Below, in pieces: positions 1 through 8,904 of a DNA stretch of 17,391 nt; the first letter of the stretch is position 1; each line of letters starts with the position of its first letter. The position numbers and the translations under genes were made by a program. The notes under the pieces are model-generated. The model was not told where the DNA came from. It made no database searches and worked only from the letters and a program-made list of their open reading frames with translations. The DNA comes from Elainellaceae cyanobacterium (lineage in GTDB: Bacteria > Cyanobacteriota > Cyanobacteriia > CAZCXK01), in NCBI GenBank assembly GCA_051117555.1, contig JBNPEG010000024.1, positions 1 to 17,391 of the forward strand, in the 5' to 3' direction.

Positions 1-126
1 CGGGCGATGTCACTCAGGCGCTTTCGTTGTTCCTCACTCAGATGCACTTGATATTTCTCGTTGGAGTTCCTCATAGTCTGTTTGAGTCATTCATCTACCC
101 ACATTTTAAACCTAGATGCGCCACTA
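1..126 (-). mobile_element. Left end and 5' start of an IS630-family element (runs off window)
   Basis: Minus-strand ATG at 74 reads MRNSNEKYQVHLSEEQRKRLSDIA..., typical of the IS630 N-terminal HTH (KYxVxLSxEER). The putative end reads TA-GTGGCGCATCTAGGTTTAAAATG on minus, with TA at 125-126. Confidence 0.65.
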
Positions 127-312
127 CGGTACGAAAGGCGGTATCCCGCAACCATTGGCAAAAGCTACCATCGCGTAAAAATCACGTTATTGCTCAACTA
201 GGTAACTGGGGCAACTGGGTTGGAGTGAACAGCATTTTGGGAGAGGATCATACGCTTTTACCATGCAAGAACTCCCCCCGCTACACTACAGTTTTAGCCT
301 TAGAAACCTAGC

Positions 313-392
313 TGTAGAGGCTCGCAAACGGGAAGCCTCATGCTCGCAAACGGTGAATTCGACTCGTATCAACTGCCAATGGCTCGAAAGCC
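313..392 (+). repeat. TGT-initiated sequence with repeated GCTCGCAAACGG motifs (possible transposon end)
   Basis: TGTAGAG at 313. Exact GCTCGCAAACGG copies at 320-331 and 342-353, and a degenerate GGCTCGAAAG at 381-390. Confidence 0.4.
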
Positions 393-647
393 TTTTTCAG
401 AGAGCGATCTAACCATTAGGATTCTGGCTAGCTAGCTGCACGGTGGCAACTATTCTAGGTTTTCAGCATCCTTTCAGAGTCTTGCTAGGTCTGCATCGGA
501 AGTGGCTAATAGGCTCAAACGTGCAGATGATGAGACTTACGAGTTTACGGCCTTTAGGGTACCTGTCTCATGGCCAATTCAATCCAGATTTAGGCCAGCG
601 TTCTCAGCCGCCATGAGACTCACTCTAAGACCCTAAAGCAGCCTATA

Positions 648-1795
648 CTGCCCCTGATTGAGCAGGTGCGACACGACCAAAGCGCTCAAATTGCGGTGGT
701 CGATTGCACTTTTTTAGAGAAAGGTGGTCGTCATACCTACGGTTTGGACTGGTTCTACAACGGCAAAACACAGCGGGCGGAGAAGGGCCTGGAACTCTCG
801 GTCGTCGCGATTGTGGATATGGAGCAAAACACTGGTTACACGCTCTCGGCCCAACAAACGGCAGCCGGCTTGAGTCGCCCAGCAGAAACGACCGTTGATA
901 CGGACTCCGCCAAGGGTAACCGCCTTGAGTTCTATCTGGGACATTTGGCTTCCTGCATGATGTACTTCCCAGCCTGGATTCGTTATGTCGTCGCCGATGG
1001 TTTCTACAGCAAATACAAGTGGGTCACTGGAGTGGTGCAACTCGGTTTTCATGCCATTGGCAAACTCCGCTGTGATGCCGATCTGAAGTTTCTCTATGAC
1101 GGCCCCTATAAGGGGCGAGGTGCACGACGCAAATATGATGAGAAGGTCAATCTGAAAGACCACCGTCGATTTCAGGGGGTTCAACGTTTGGAGGACGGGG
1201 TTTACCTCTACACCGCTATGACGGCCCCTATAAGGGGCGAGGTGCACGACGCAAATATGATGAGAAGGTCAATCTGAAAGACCACCGTCGATTTCAGGGG
1301 GTTCAACGTTTGGAGGACGGGGTTTACCTCTACACCGCTGTCGTCTGGTCGGCAAGCCTCAAACGCAAAGTGCGCTTGGCTTATCTCCTGAAAGAGGACA
1401 AGGGTCGTCGCAGTTATGTGGTGCTGTTTTCCACTGACCTTGAGATTGACCCGGTGTTTCTCTATCGCTGCTACAGCGCTCGGTTCCAGATTGAATTTGT
1501 CTTTCGCGATGCCCGCCAATTTACCGGTCTGACCGATTGTCAGGCCCGCTCCCCCGAGGCTATCGATACCCATGTCAACGCTAGTTTGATGGCACTGAAC
1601 TTGGCCCAGGCCACCTGGCAGGAGACTCAAACGGAAACGAAATCTCTGAGCTTTTCGATCGCCTCCTTTAAGCAACTGGCTCTCAATGAGCATCTTTTAG
1701 ACTTATTTATCGACTTGCTTGAGTTGGAGCCAACTTTAATAAAATCCCATGCCAACTACCGAAAGCTGCTTGATTACGGCGCTATAACCTCCTAA
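648..1795 (+). pseudogene. IS701/IS4-superfamily DDE transposase, 5'-truncated and frameshifted
   Basis: ORFs 666-1277 and 1310-1795 carry D(CTFLEKGG), VADGFY and YSARFQIEFVFRDARQFTGL motifs. The reading frame is broken by a 122-bp duplication. Recognisable similarity starts near 648. Confidence 0.9.
1096..1339 (+). repeat. Perfect 122-bp tandem duplication inside the transposase
   Basis: 1096-1217 is identical to 1218-1339 (ATGACGGCCCC...TACACCGCT), with CT microhomology at the junctions. Confidence 0.97.
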
Positions 1796-1813
1796 AACTG
1801 TCCGGAGTGCTAG
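1794..1813 (+). mobile_element. Right terminal IR of the IS701-like element plus CTAG target
   Basis: AAAACTGTCCGGAGTG (to 1809) overlaps the stop and is followed by CTAG at 1810-1813, a YTAR-type IS701 target. Confidence 0.6.
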
Positions 1814-1918
1814 TGGAGAATGCATGGAGGAAATTAGCGGTTCGGAGACCTGATCTATTGCCGAGTGAGCCGTTTACTCCTCCTTTACGAACGTGATACA
1901 ACTGACATGACGTATCAG
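1810..1918 (+). mobile_element. Possible 3' end relic of another IS (IS4-like) interrupted at CTAG
   Basis: Open frame LVENAWRKLAVRRPDLLPSEPFTPPLRT* (1810-1896), then AACTGACATGACGTATCAG, which resembles an IS4-type terminus. Confidence 0.3.
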
Positions 1919-1941
1919 CTTAGGGCTTGTTAAAAAATAAC

Positions 1942-2645
1942 GTAATTAGTCACTGCAATAAGAAACATTAAATGGGAATCGCCAAAGCGCTTGATGTGGC
2001 TGTATTGTAGGGAACCATGAGTGACTTACCTGCCGAAATTGATGAACTGATGCGCCGCCCTGACTTCGACCCATGATGGGATGAAGAAAAAGAGTAAACC
2101 GAAAGGATTTGATGCCCCGGCCAAGGGAAAAAGCGGGAACCGAAATATGGACATCCCGGCACCACACGCAATAGCTTTGAATCGGTGGACCATCAAGGGA
2201 ATTGACCCTAGAGCAGTGTCCAGCGTGTGGAGGGGAACTCAATCCAGTCGAAGCAAAACCAGCCTCCTGGCATCAAGTCGCGGAATTGGTGCCGACGTTA
2301 GTCGAGGTCTGGGAGTATGAACGTCCCTGGTATGAGTGTGTCGAATGTGGCTGGCAGGGTCGTGCATCGCTGCCGCTGGCCTGTCGGGAGGATTTTAGCT
2401 ATGGTGCTCACCTGAGTAGCTTGGTGGGGTGGTTGGGCTATGGCGGTCATTTGAGTTGGGTCAAACAGCGATTTGTGGTGGAAACGATTCTGAATCTGCC
2501 GCTCTCTCAGGGGAGTTTGGCCAAGATGCATCGGTGGTCCTGTGAAAGTCTATATCCCAGCTATAAGCAGTGGTGGGAGATCATTCCACAACCGGGAGTG
2601 CGGTGTGTGGACGAAACCAGTTATCGGCTCAATGGGATGAATTAA
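1942..2645 (+). pseudogene. IS66-family transposase fragment with left end
   Basis: GTAATTAGTCAC at 1942 (IS66 ends start GTAA). ATG at 2017 with an early stop and frameshifts. Motifs KYGHPGTTR, CPACGG...CVECG zinc finger and VDETSYR. Truncated at 2645. Confidence 0.85.
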
Positions 2646-3221
2646 CTGATTGGTCCGGTACGTCCTGATTCTAGTTGGCAGGCTCAACAAACGGATGCCT
2701 ATGACTTATCGCAATTCGTCATTGATTGGCAGCGGCAACACGTCAGCTGTCCTCAAGGGCATCGCAGTCGCCGCTGGCGAGTCCGTAATGATGCTCGTCG
2801 CCGCACTGAGATCATCACCGTCGAGTTTGCTAACGCCGACTGTCGGGTTTGTCCGGCACGGCATTTGTGTACCCGCTCGCCCACCGCACCGCGAACCCTC
2901 ACGCTACAACCGCAGGCATCTCAACAAGCCTTACAACAGGCCTGAGAACAACAAGCCTCCTCCTCATGGTGGTCACGTTACCGATGCCGAGCAGGCATTG
3001 AGGGCACGATTTCACAAGCAGTCGTCGGTTTTGGGCTGCGACAGAGTCGGTATCGAGGACTCGCCAAAACGCATTTTCAGCATGTCATGACCGCGACCGC
3101 CATTAACCTTAAGCGGCTGTTTGCTTGGGTGCAGGGAAACCCGTTGGCGACCACTCGCATTTCTCCTTTTGCCGCTTTGAAACCGACAGGTTGATGGTCT
3201 AAATACTTCGCCAACAGCGTC
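2646..3221 (+). pseudogene. IS1182-family transposase C-terminal fragment with right end
   Basis: My translation of frame 2646-3194 (not in the ORF track): LIGPVRPDSSWQA...VSCPQGH...DCRVCPARHLCTRS...RYRCRAGIEGTISQAVVGFGLRQSRYRGLAKTHFQHVMTATAINLKRLFAW. Internal TGA at 2943-2945. Terminus TTCGCCAACAGCGTC ends at 3221. Confidence 0.88.
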
Positions 3222-3308
3222 AGCTGGCGCTTTAGCGTAGCCATGCCTGAAAGGCTATACAGCACCCTACGGCTTAATCAAACCGTGACGTTGTTTATTT
3301 ACGGCCCC

Positions 3309-3923
3309 TTAGAGACAATCATCACTCTGGATTAGCTCCGAAGGCTGAGAATCCGCCACCGCAGCACCGTCATCCAGTTCATCTTCGACGATGGGTACAT
3401 TTTGGATGACGTAGGGCAGTGACGCTCCCTTTAGACCGCGCCGAATCCGCTCTGGCGTTTCTGGAAAAATAACAAAGAGGGCAAACGTTTCGTCGGTTCC
3501 TTCACTGAAAATATGCTGATAGCGGGGAGGCATCAGCCACTCATATGCCTTATCCAACCAAATCTGAGTTTGTCGCCAACGTCCTAGAAAATCGGAAAAA
3601 TCTTCGTTAGGTCGATGGATCAAGATAAAGATTTCCACTCCAGCTTTAATCTTCCATTCTGGATCACACATTAAGACGGCCACCTCGCAAGGGAGACGAA
3701 CCACATCCCCCGGAGCGAGACTTGGGCTGTTGGGGCCTAACGCTGGAGAGGCGTTACGAAGGCGAATGAGGGGTAATGGAATGGAAATCAAGCTCTCATC
3801 CGGGCGACGCATACTCGGAATCATTTCTAAATAGGGTCGAAACTGCTTAAGTAGAGTAATCAGACCTCGCTGATCGCTATAATCAGCCAATAATTCTTCA
3901 TATTGAGATCGTCGAACAACCAT
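3309..3923 (-). CDS. Conserved cyanobacterial hypothetical protein (204 aa)
   Basis: Clean ORF with LEMIPSMRRPDES...LMCDPEWKIK...FLGRWRQTQ motifs that I recognise as a cyanobacterial conserved hypothetical. Function unknown. Confidence 0.85.
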   Translation of the reverse strand: MVVRRSQYEELLADYSDQRGLITLLKQFRPYLEMIPSMRRPDESLISIPLPLIRLRNASPALGPNSPSLAPGDVVRLPCEVAVLMCDPEWKIKAGVEIFILIHRPNEDFSDFLGRWRQTQIWLDKAYEWLMPPRYQHIFSEGTDETFALFVIFPETPERIRRGLKGASLPYVIQNVPIVEDELDDGAAVADSQPSELIQSDDCL

Positions 3924-3988
3924 GGTTAGCGATCACCTCATATGACTTCAAATGTTTCGACTCCTATACGCATTTTAGCGAGAGATAT

Positions 3989-4279
3989 CTAACGGGTGAG
4001 ACTTGTATCTGATTTTGGCGATCGCTGGTTTACCAGCTTAAATCGAATAGGACCTTTCGCCTGTAACGGATTCACTGGGTGTCCCTTTTGCAATGCGACA
4101 ATCAGCCCTTCATCTCGCAATTCTGCACCGACGTGTCGAACGGCATCCATGAGCGATCGCCAGTGTTCACCGCCCAAAGCTCGTGCTACCTCTGATGGGC
4201 AAATGCTTTTTTCAGAACCTCTCGCTCGGACTTTTTCCAATAGGGTTTGACGAATTTCCGAATGTTCAATCGTCATCAC
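3989..4279 (-). CDS. DUF3253 family small winged-helix-like protein
   Basis: RGSEKSICPSEVARALGGEHWRSLMDAVR...QKGHPV...KGPIRF signature. Confidence 0.9.
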   Translation of the reverse strand: MMTIEHSEIRQTLLEKVRARGSEKSICPSEVARALGGEHWRSLMDAVRHVGAELRDEGLIVALQKGHPVNPLQAKGPIRFKLVNQRSPKSDTSLTR

Positions 4280-4330
4280 AAAATCGGTCAGCAGTTAAGT
4301 CTTGCGCTCTACATATCATAAATCTGTTCA

Positions 4331-4413
4331 TATAGCAATCCCAAGTGAATTGTGTGTGAGTGGGGGCGGGCGGCGCCCGCCCCCACTCACACACAATTCA
4401 CAAACGATTTTGG
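4331..4413. mobile_element. IS630-type MITE-like hairpin element, copy 1 (right end degraded)
   Basis: Begins TATAGCAATCCC. Perfect 27-bp inverted repeat 4345-4371 / 4375-4401. Homologous to 8784-8875. Confidence 0.8.
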
Positions 4414-4562
4414 TCACAGGTTCCGCGCCTAGGAATTGGAATTGGCATCAATACCCTATCAAAACATTGCATAATAAAAACCCTCAAACTGGGGGGCCTG
4501 AGGGCTGGAGTTCCTGAAAATCGTCACTGTACAAATAGTGTCAAGTAACACTCGAAATCACA

Positions 4563-4588
4563 AGGGGGGTGTAACCCCCTATTTTTTG
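4563..4588. terminator. Hairpin downstream of gltA (possible terminator)
   Basis: GGGGGT-GTA-ACCCCC stem about 20 bp past the gltA stop. The T-run is on the + side. Confidence 0.4.
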
Positions 4589-4600
4589 GGTGTGAATCTA

Positions 4601-5767
4601 TTAAATTGCGACTAAAGGCTCTTTTTGGTGATGACGTTCTTCAATGGGAATATAGGGAGCATTGTGCACTCCGGTATAAATTTGAGTCGGTCTGAAGATG
4701 CGATTTTCAGCTAGTTGTTCCTTCCAATGGGCTAGCCAACCAGCAACACGGGCGATCGCAAATACGGGCGTGAAGAGATCACTTGGAATACCAAGCTTGC
4801 GATATACCAGACCCGAATAAAAATCAACGTTTGGATAAATTCCTTTTTGAGAAAGATTTTCAGCAATCACCTGTTCCAGCTCGACTGCGATATCGTAATA
4901 ATCATCACGCCCAAACTTTTCAAATAGTTGCTCCGCAAGATCCTGCAAAATGGTGGCGCGAGGATCTTTGACTTTGTAAACTCTATGTCCAAAGCCCATA
5001 ATTTTAGACTTCCGTTGAAGGCAATCTTTCACAAAGGGGCGAACATTTTCAACCGAACCAATTTCTTCGAGCATCGTCAAAACTTCTTCATTAGCTCCTC
5101 CGTGAAGAGGCCCGGCCAATGTCCCAACTGCTGAGGCAACGACGGCATAGGGATCGGTAAGCGTAGAGGCTGTAACCATTGCTGAAAATGTTGATGCATT
5201 GATCGTGTGTTCAGCATGAAGGTTTAAGCAGACGTCAAAAATATGAGCGGCAAGCGGATCCGGTTCACGCTCGGTCAGCATATACAGGAAGTTGGCCGAA
5301 TAATTTAAGTCATCACGAGGTTGAATGGGGTCGTTTCCTTTGCGAATGAGTTGAAACGCTGCCACCATTGTCGGAATCTTCGCCAAAAGCCGTACAACGG
5401 CAGCTCGAATATAGGCCGGATCATCGAGAGCACGACGAGAATAAAACAACCCTAATGCCGCGGCTGATGCTTGTAATGCATCCATTGGATGACCACTTTC
5501 CGGGAAGCATTTCATCATGTCCCGAATGCGAAACTTTAGCCGTCGATGATAGCGAATTTCGTGTTCGAATGACGTGAGTTCTTCTTTAGTGGGCAAGTGC
5601 CCCCATATCAATAAATAAGCAGTTTCCAAAAAACTACTGTGGTTCGCCAGTTCTTCAATTCGGATGCCCCGATATTCTAAAATCCCTTGCTGTCCATCAA
5701 CATAGCTAATGCTGGACTCCTTAGCGGGAATATTTTCTAGACCTGGACGATATTCACAAACTGTCAT
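4601..5767 (-). CDS. gltA: Citrate synthase
   Basis: HAEHTINASTF, GPLHGGANE, MGFGHRVYKVKDPRA and YPNVDFYSG motifs. Probable start is the ATG at 5767 (MTVCEYRPGLE), as in cyanobacterial GltA. Confidence 0.98.
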   Translation of the reverse strand: MTVCEYRPGLENIPAKESSISYVDGQQGILEYRGIRIEELANHSSFLETAYLLIWGHLPTKEELTSFEHEIRYHRRLKFRIRDMMKCFPESGHPMDALQASAAALGLFYSRRALDDPAYIRAAVVRLLAKIPTMVAAFQLIRKGNDPIQPRDDLNYSANFLYMLTEREPDPLAAHIFDVCLNLHAEHTINASTFSAMVTASTLTDPYAVVASAVGTLAGPLHGGANEEVLTMLEEIGSVENVRPFVKDCLQRKSKIMGFGHRVYKVKDPRATILQDLAEQLFEKFGRDDYYDIAVELEQVIAENLSQKGIYPNVDFYSGLVYRKLGIPSDLFTPVFAIARVAGWLAHWKEQLAENRIFRPTQIYTGVHNAPYIPIEERHHQKEPLVAI

Positions 5768-6015
5768 GGCTTCACCATTAGCCCACATTGGATACTTGTG
5801 CGTAAATGCCGACGACCAACAGTCTCCTGTTGAAACGTGCGTCAATCGCAAAAACAGTCTTTAGATTCGCTTTCATTCCGAGGTTATAATCTGCCCCAGA
5901 AATTCCTTCTAAATACTGTACTAGCACTTTACCATGACGTTTCTGAGTTGATTCTGTGAGATATATGACGTAATTTCTTGAGAGGATTTTGCTGATAGGG
6001 TAAAACACCATTAAC

Positions 6016-6513
6016 TCACAGCAAAAACCGAGGCCGAGTTAGCCAAAACAAATCACTTCGCCCAATGGGTGAACCACTGGCAGGGAGAGCCATGCCGATG
6101 ATTCCAGCCTTCTTTAAAACTATCTGGTTACGAGCACTACCCCAGGTTAAAATCTCTGCCCAGTTTGATAAATCAGGCTGATGCCCAACCAGGGCAAGGC
6201 ACGTTGTATCAGACGATCGCCACTGTGCCAGCCACGCCAACCAACTTTTGAAGTCGCCATTGGGTGAAAGATCGTCCGATATCTCAATGTTTGTTGCGAG
6301 ATTCGCCTCTTTGAGAATGGCGGCAGTTTGTTGGGCACGAACTAACGGGCTCGTCAAAATTAGGTCAAATCGAATTTGAAGCTCATGGAGTCGTTGGGCG
6401 ACTTTACGGGTTTTGCGATCGCCCGTTTCGGTGAGTGGACGTTCATCATCATGAGCATAGGTTCCCCGCTCAGCCGCAATGCCATGACGAATTAAATAAA
6501 CGTCTGTTTTCAC
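6016..6513 (-). CDS. sixA: Phosphohistidine phosphatase SixA
   Basis: LIRHGIA (RHG), DDERPLT, TSPLVRAQQTA and LVGHQPDL motifs. Confidence 0.95.
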   Translation of the reverse strand: MKTDVYLIRHGIAAERGTYAHDDERPLTETGDRKTRKVAQRLHELQIRFDLILTSPLVRAQQTAAILKEANLATNIEISDDLSPNGDFKSWLAWLAQWRSSDTTCLALVGHQPDLSNWAEILTWGSARNQIVLKKAGIIGMALPASGSPIGRSDLFWLTRPRFLL

Positions 6514-6534
6514 ACTCGATTCCTGGGTTAGTAC

Positions 6535-7830
6535 CTACGCTGTGCGAATCAGACTGTCTTCGGGATCAACCAGCCTGAGCAGCTTTTGCTTAATCTGGGC
6601 GTCAAAAACTTCCCATTTGGTTTTGGTGTATTCAGCATTTTCGTTGAAGCCAGATAGGAACCCCATCGGAATTTCAAAACCACCCGCCATCGCTCGCCCT
6701 CCACCGAAGAAACGCCCTTGGGTATCTTGCCCAAATGCTTCTTTGATAAATTCGTCTGGGTCGAGGGTTAACTTATTGGTTCGCAGTGACCCGATCACAA
6801 ACTCAAGTTCTTCGTCTTCGTCGTGCACAATGCCATACACAACAGCGGTATGGACGTTTTCTTCGGTGACGAGAAAATCAGCCGCTTGAGGAATTGCGTC
6901 ACGATCGTCATAGCGAAGGTAACCGACACCAGCGATTGAAAAATTGTTTTGCAGAATGCGATTACGGAGCGATCGCTCAATGACGTCCATAACTCGCTTT
7001 GAGCGAGACGCTTGCAGGACAGCACTCAATAGCTGAGCGTCATAAAATCGGCTCAAATATCCTGCTGCAACAAAATCTTCTTCTTGCGCCTGCATCAACC
7101 GATTGGTGTCAGACCGAAGACCATGCATCATGGCGGTGGCACACTTAACATGCTCACCATCGCTGCTGTCTAACTTGAGTAAGCCCGCCTGCAAATATTG
7201 GGTGAAAATTGTGGTGGTTGCACGGGTCTGGGAGCGAATGTCTGTAAACTCAGCCTCTAAATCACCTTGGGCAGTATGGTGATCAATGACAACCGTAATG
7301 GGAACTTTGGCTCGCTGAACTGCGGAAAGCAGTTGAGTGGTTGTTCCCTGATTGTCGATGAAAACGCTCCCTTGATAAACCGATAGATCACGCTCTTTGA
7401 AGGATTGAGGAGCCCATCGTTTAACGGGTAGCCCTGTCAGCTTCACCAAGGCGATATTCTCTTGATGGCTGAGCGTCCCAGCATATACAATGTCGCAGCG
7501 AATATCGAACTGCTGAGCGATGAGCCTGTATGCCCACGCACACGACAGGGCATCTGGATCAGGAAAATCTTGCAAAACGACCATCTGGCGATCGCCCCGG
7601 TGACGTTCTAAAACCTGACGGAGCTCTTTGATCTTCTGCTCCGTTAGACGATGACCCGGCGGTGGCTGAAATCCATTCTCAGAACGAGAGGTGACATGGT
7701 CTGGCTTTTGAGTTTTGTCTCGCGATTGCCTAGACGAGGAACTTGTCGTAACCGAATCCGTCACGTCCTCTGGTGAATGAAGGGGATGCTGTTTCTCGAC
7801 AGATGTCTGTGATCGAGATTGAATAGGCAT
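6535..7830 (-). CDS. DHH-family phosphoesterase (NrnA-like oligoribonuclease/pAp phosphatase)
   Basis: PDPDALS, IDHH and GLRSDT motifs, and a C-terminal DHHA1 FGGGRAMAGG. Low-complexity N-terminal extension. Confidence 0.92.
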   Translation of the reverse strand: MPIQSRSQTSVEKQHPLHSPEDVTDSVTTSSSSRQSRDKTQKPDHVTSRSENGFQPPPGHRLTEQKIKELRQVLERHRGDRQMVVLQDFPDPDALSCAWAYRLIAQQFDIRCDIVYAGTLSHQENIALVKLTGLPVKRWAPQSFKERDLSVYQGSVFIDNQGTTTQLLSAVQRAKVPITVVIDHHTAQGDLEAEFTDIRSQTRATTTIFTQYLQAGLLKLDSSDGEHVKCATAMMHGLRSDTNRLMQAQEEDFVAAGYLSRFYDAQLLSAVLQASRSKRVMDVIERSLRNRILQNNFSIAGVGYLRYDDRDAIPQAADFLVTEENVHTAVVYGIVHDEDEELEFVIGSLRTNKLTLDPDEFIKEAFGQDTQGRFFGGGRAMAGGFEIPMGFLSGFNENAEYTKTKWEVFDAQIKQKLLRLVDPEDSLIRTA

Positions 7831-8190
7831 ACACTAACTATAACGTTTAAGGGCTGAGCATCGAACTCGTAAATTCAGATGCTCTATGTGTCTAACTTAA
7901 CTTTCTGGATTTTTAGCGAATTCATCAGGCTATATCAGCAGAAATAACTTAGACCAAGTCGGAGGTAAGAATCGGTGAGTATTCTTCTATAGTTACAGAA
8001 ACAGAGAGAAACTCCCCCCGTCAATTGGCGGATTTATCTCATTTATCTCAAAATTTACTCCAACGTCAGACCTTAAGCCCACCATCCAAAATGCATCGGT
8101 GAGTCATGCACCTAACGCCGGCAATAAAAATCTAACTATTATGTTTCTAAAATTGAATGGTTTCTAAAATCGAATGATTGATTACCCAAT

Positions 8191-8688
8191 TTAGCTACCA
8201 ATAACATATTTACGCCATTCTCGATGCACACCGCTCTTGATATGCTTGGTGACCTCAAAATAAAGACTGCTATGGGGTTTTCGCGGCGGATGACGCAGCA
8301 ACATATTGGCTTCTCTTGGAGTTCGATTCCCCTTTCTGACATTGCAGCGCACGCAAGCCGTTACCATATTTTCCCACGAGTCAATACCACCTCGCGATCG
8401 CGGGACGACGTGGTCAAGTGTTAAATCATCACCGGTGTAGCTGCAATATTGGCAAGAATGAGCGTCTCGGCTAAGAATATTTCGACGAGTCAAAGGAATC
8501 TCTTTATACGGGACGCGGACATAGTGTCTAAGCCGAATAACGGTTGGCAGCGGAAATTCAGGATAAACGAACTTACCATTATGCTCAACCTGCTCCGCTT
8601 TATCCTTAATCAACAAGACTACTGCCCGCCGCCAACTCGTAATGTTGAGAGGCTCGTACGAGGCATTGAGCACCAAAACCTTGCCCAT
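8191..8688 (-). CDS. HNH endonuclease (McrA-like, conserved cyanobacterial type)
   Basis: VLVLNASYEPL...RD..CQYC...LTLDHVVPRSRGG.DSWENMVTACVRCNVRKG. Confidence 0.95.
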   Translation of the reverse strand: MGKVLVLNASYEPLNITSWRRAVVLLIKDKAEQVEHNGKFVYPEFPLPTVIRLRHYVRVPYKEIPLTRRNILSRDAHSCQYCSYTGDDLTLDHVVPRSRGGIDSWENMVTACVRCNVRKGNRTPREANMLLRHPPRKPHSSLYFEVTKHIKSGVHREWRKYVIGS

Positions 8689-8783
8689 TGACGTTAATCA
8701 GGTAAAAGATTTTTTCAGATAGTAGCACATGAAACATGTACAGGGGCACTCTTTAAAGAATAAAGGCACTACTGTGTTAAATC

Positions 8784-8875
8784 TATAGCAATCCCAGATG
8801 AGTTGTGAGTGGTGGGACGGTCGGCGCCCGCCCCACCACTCACACACAATTCACGAGCGATTTAGGATCGCTATA
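8784..8875. mobile_element. IS630-type MITE-like hairpin element, copy 2 (complete, 92 bp)
   Basis: Terminal IR TATAGCAATCC / GGATCGCTATA (10/11). Internal hairpin TGTGAGTGGTGGG...CCCACCACTCACA. Confidence 0.85.
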
Positions 8876-8904
8876 TACCCTTCAAATTTGGATACATTCG
8901 ACGA

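Noticed and set aside
27..311. 94-aa + strand ORF
   Set aside because: It spans an IS end, is antisense to the IS630 start, and has no recognisable motif.
714..1693. Minus-strand ORFs 714-1247 and 1208-1693
   Set aside because: Antisense shadows of the transposase. Their shared peptide comes from the 122-bp duplication.
2650..3090. 146-aa ORF
   Set aside because: Out-of-frame overlap of the IS1182 transposase frame that starts at 2646.
4302..4548. Short ORFs over the MITE hairpins (also 8805-8999)
   Set aside because: They arise from GC-rich palindromic repeat sequence and have no protein-like features.
5768..5851. N-terminal extension of gltA from the ORF track
   Set aside because: Typical cyanobacterial GltA begins at MTVCEY (5767). 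The extension has no recognisable similarity.
8191..8688. HNH as IscB/Cas9-like or homing nuclease
   Set aside because: Only 165 aa, with no RuvC or PLMP motif, no intron context, and it sits in the core block.
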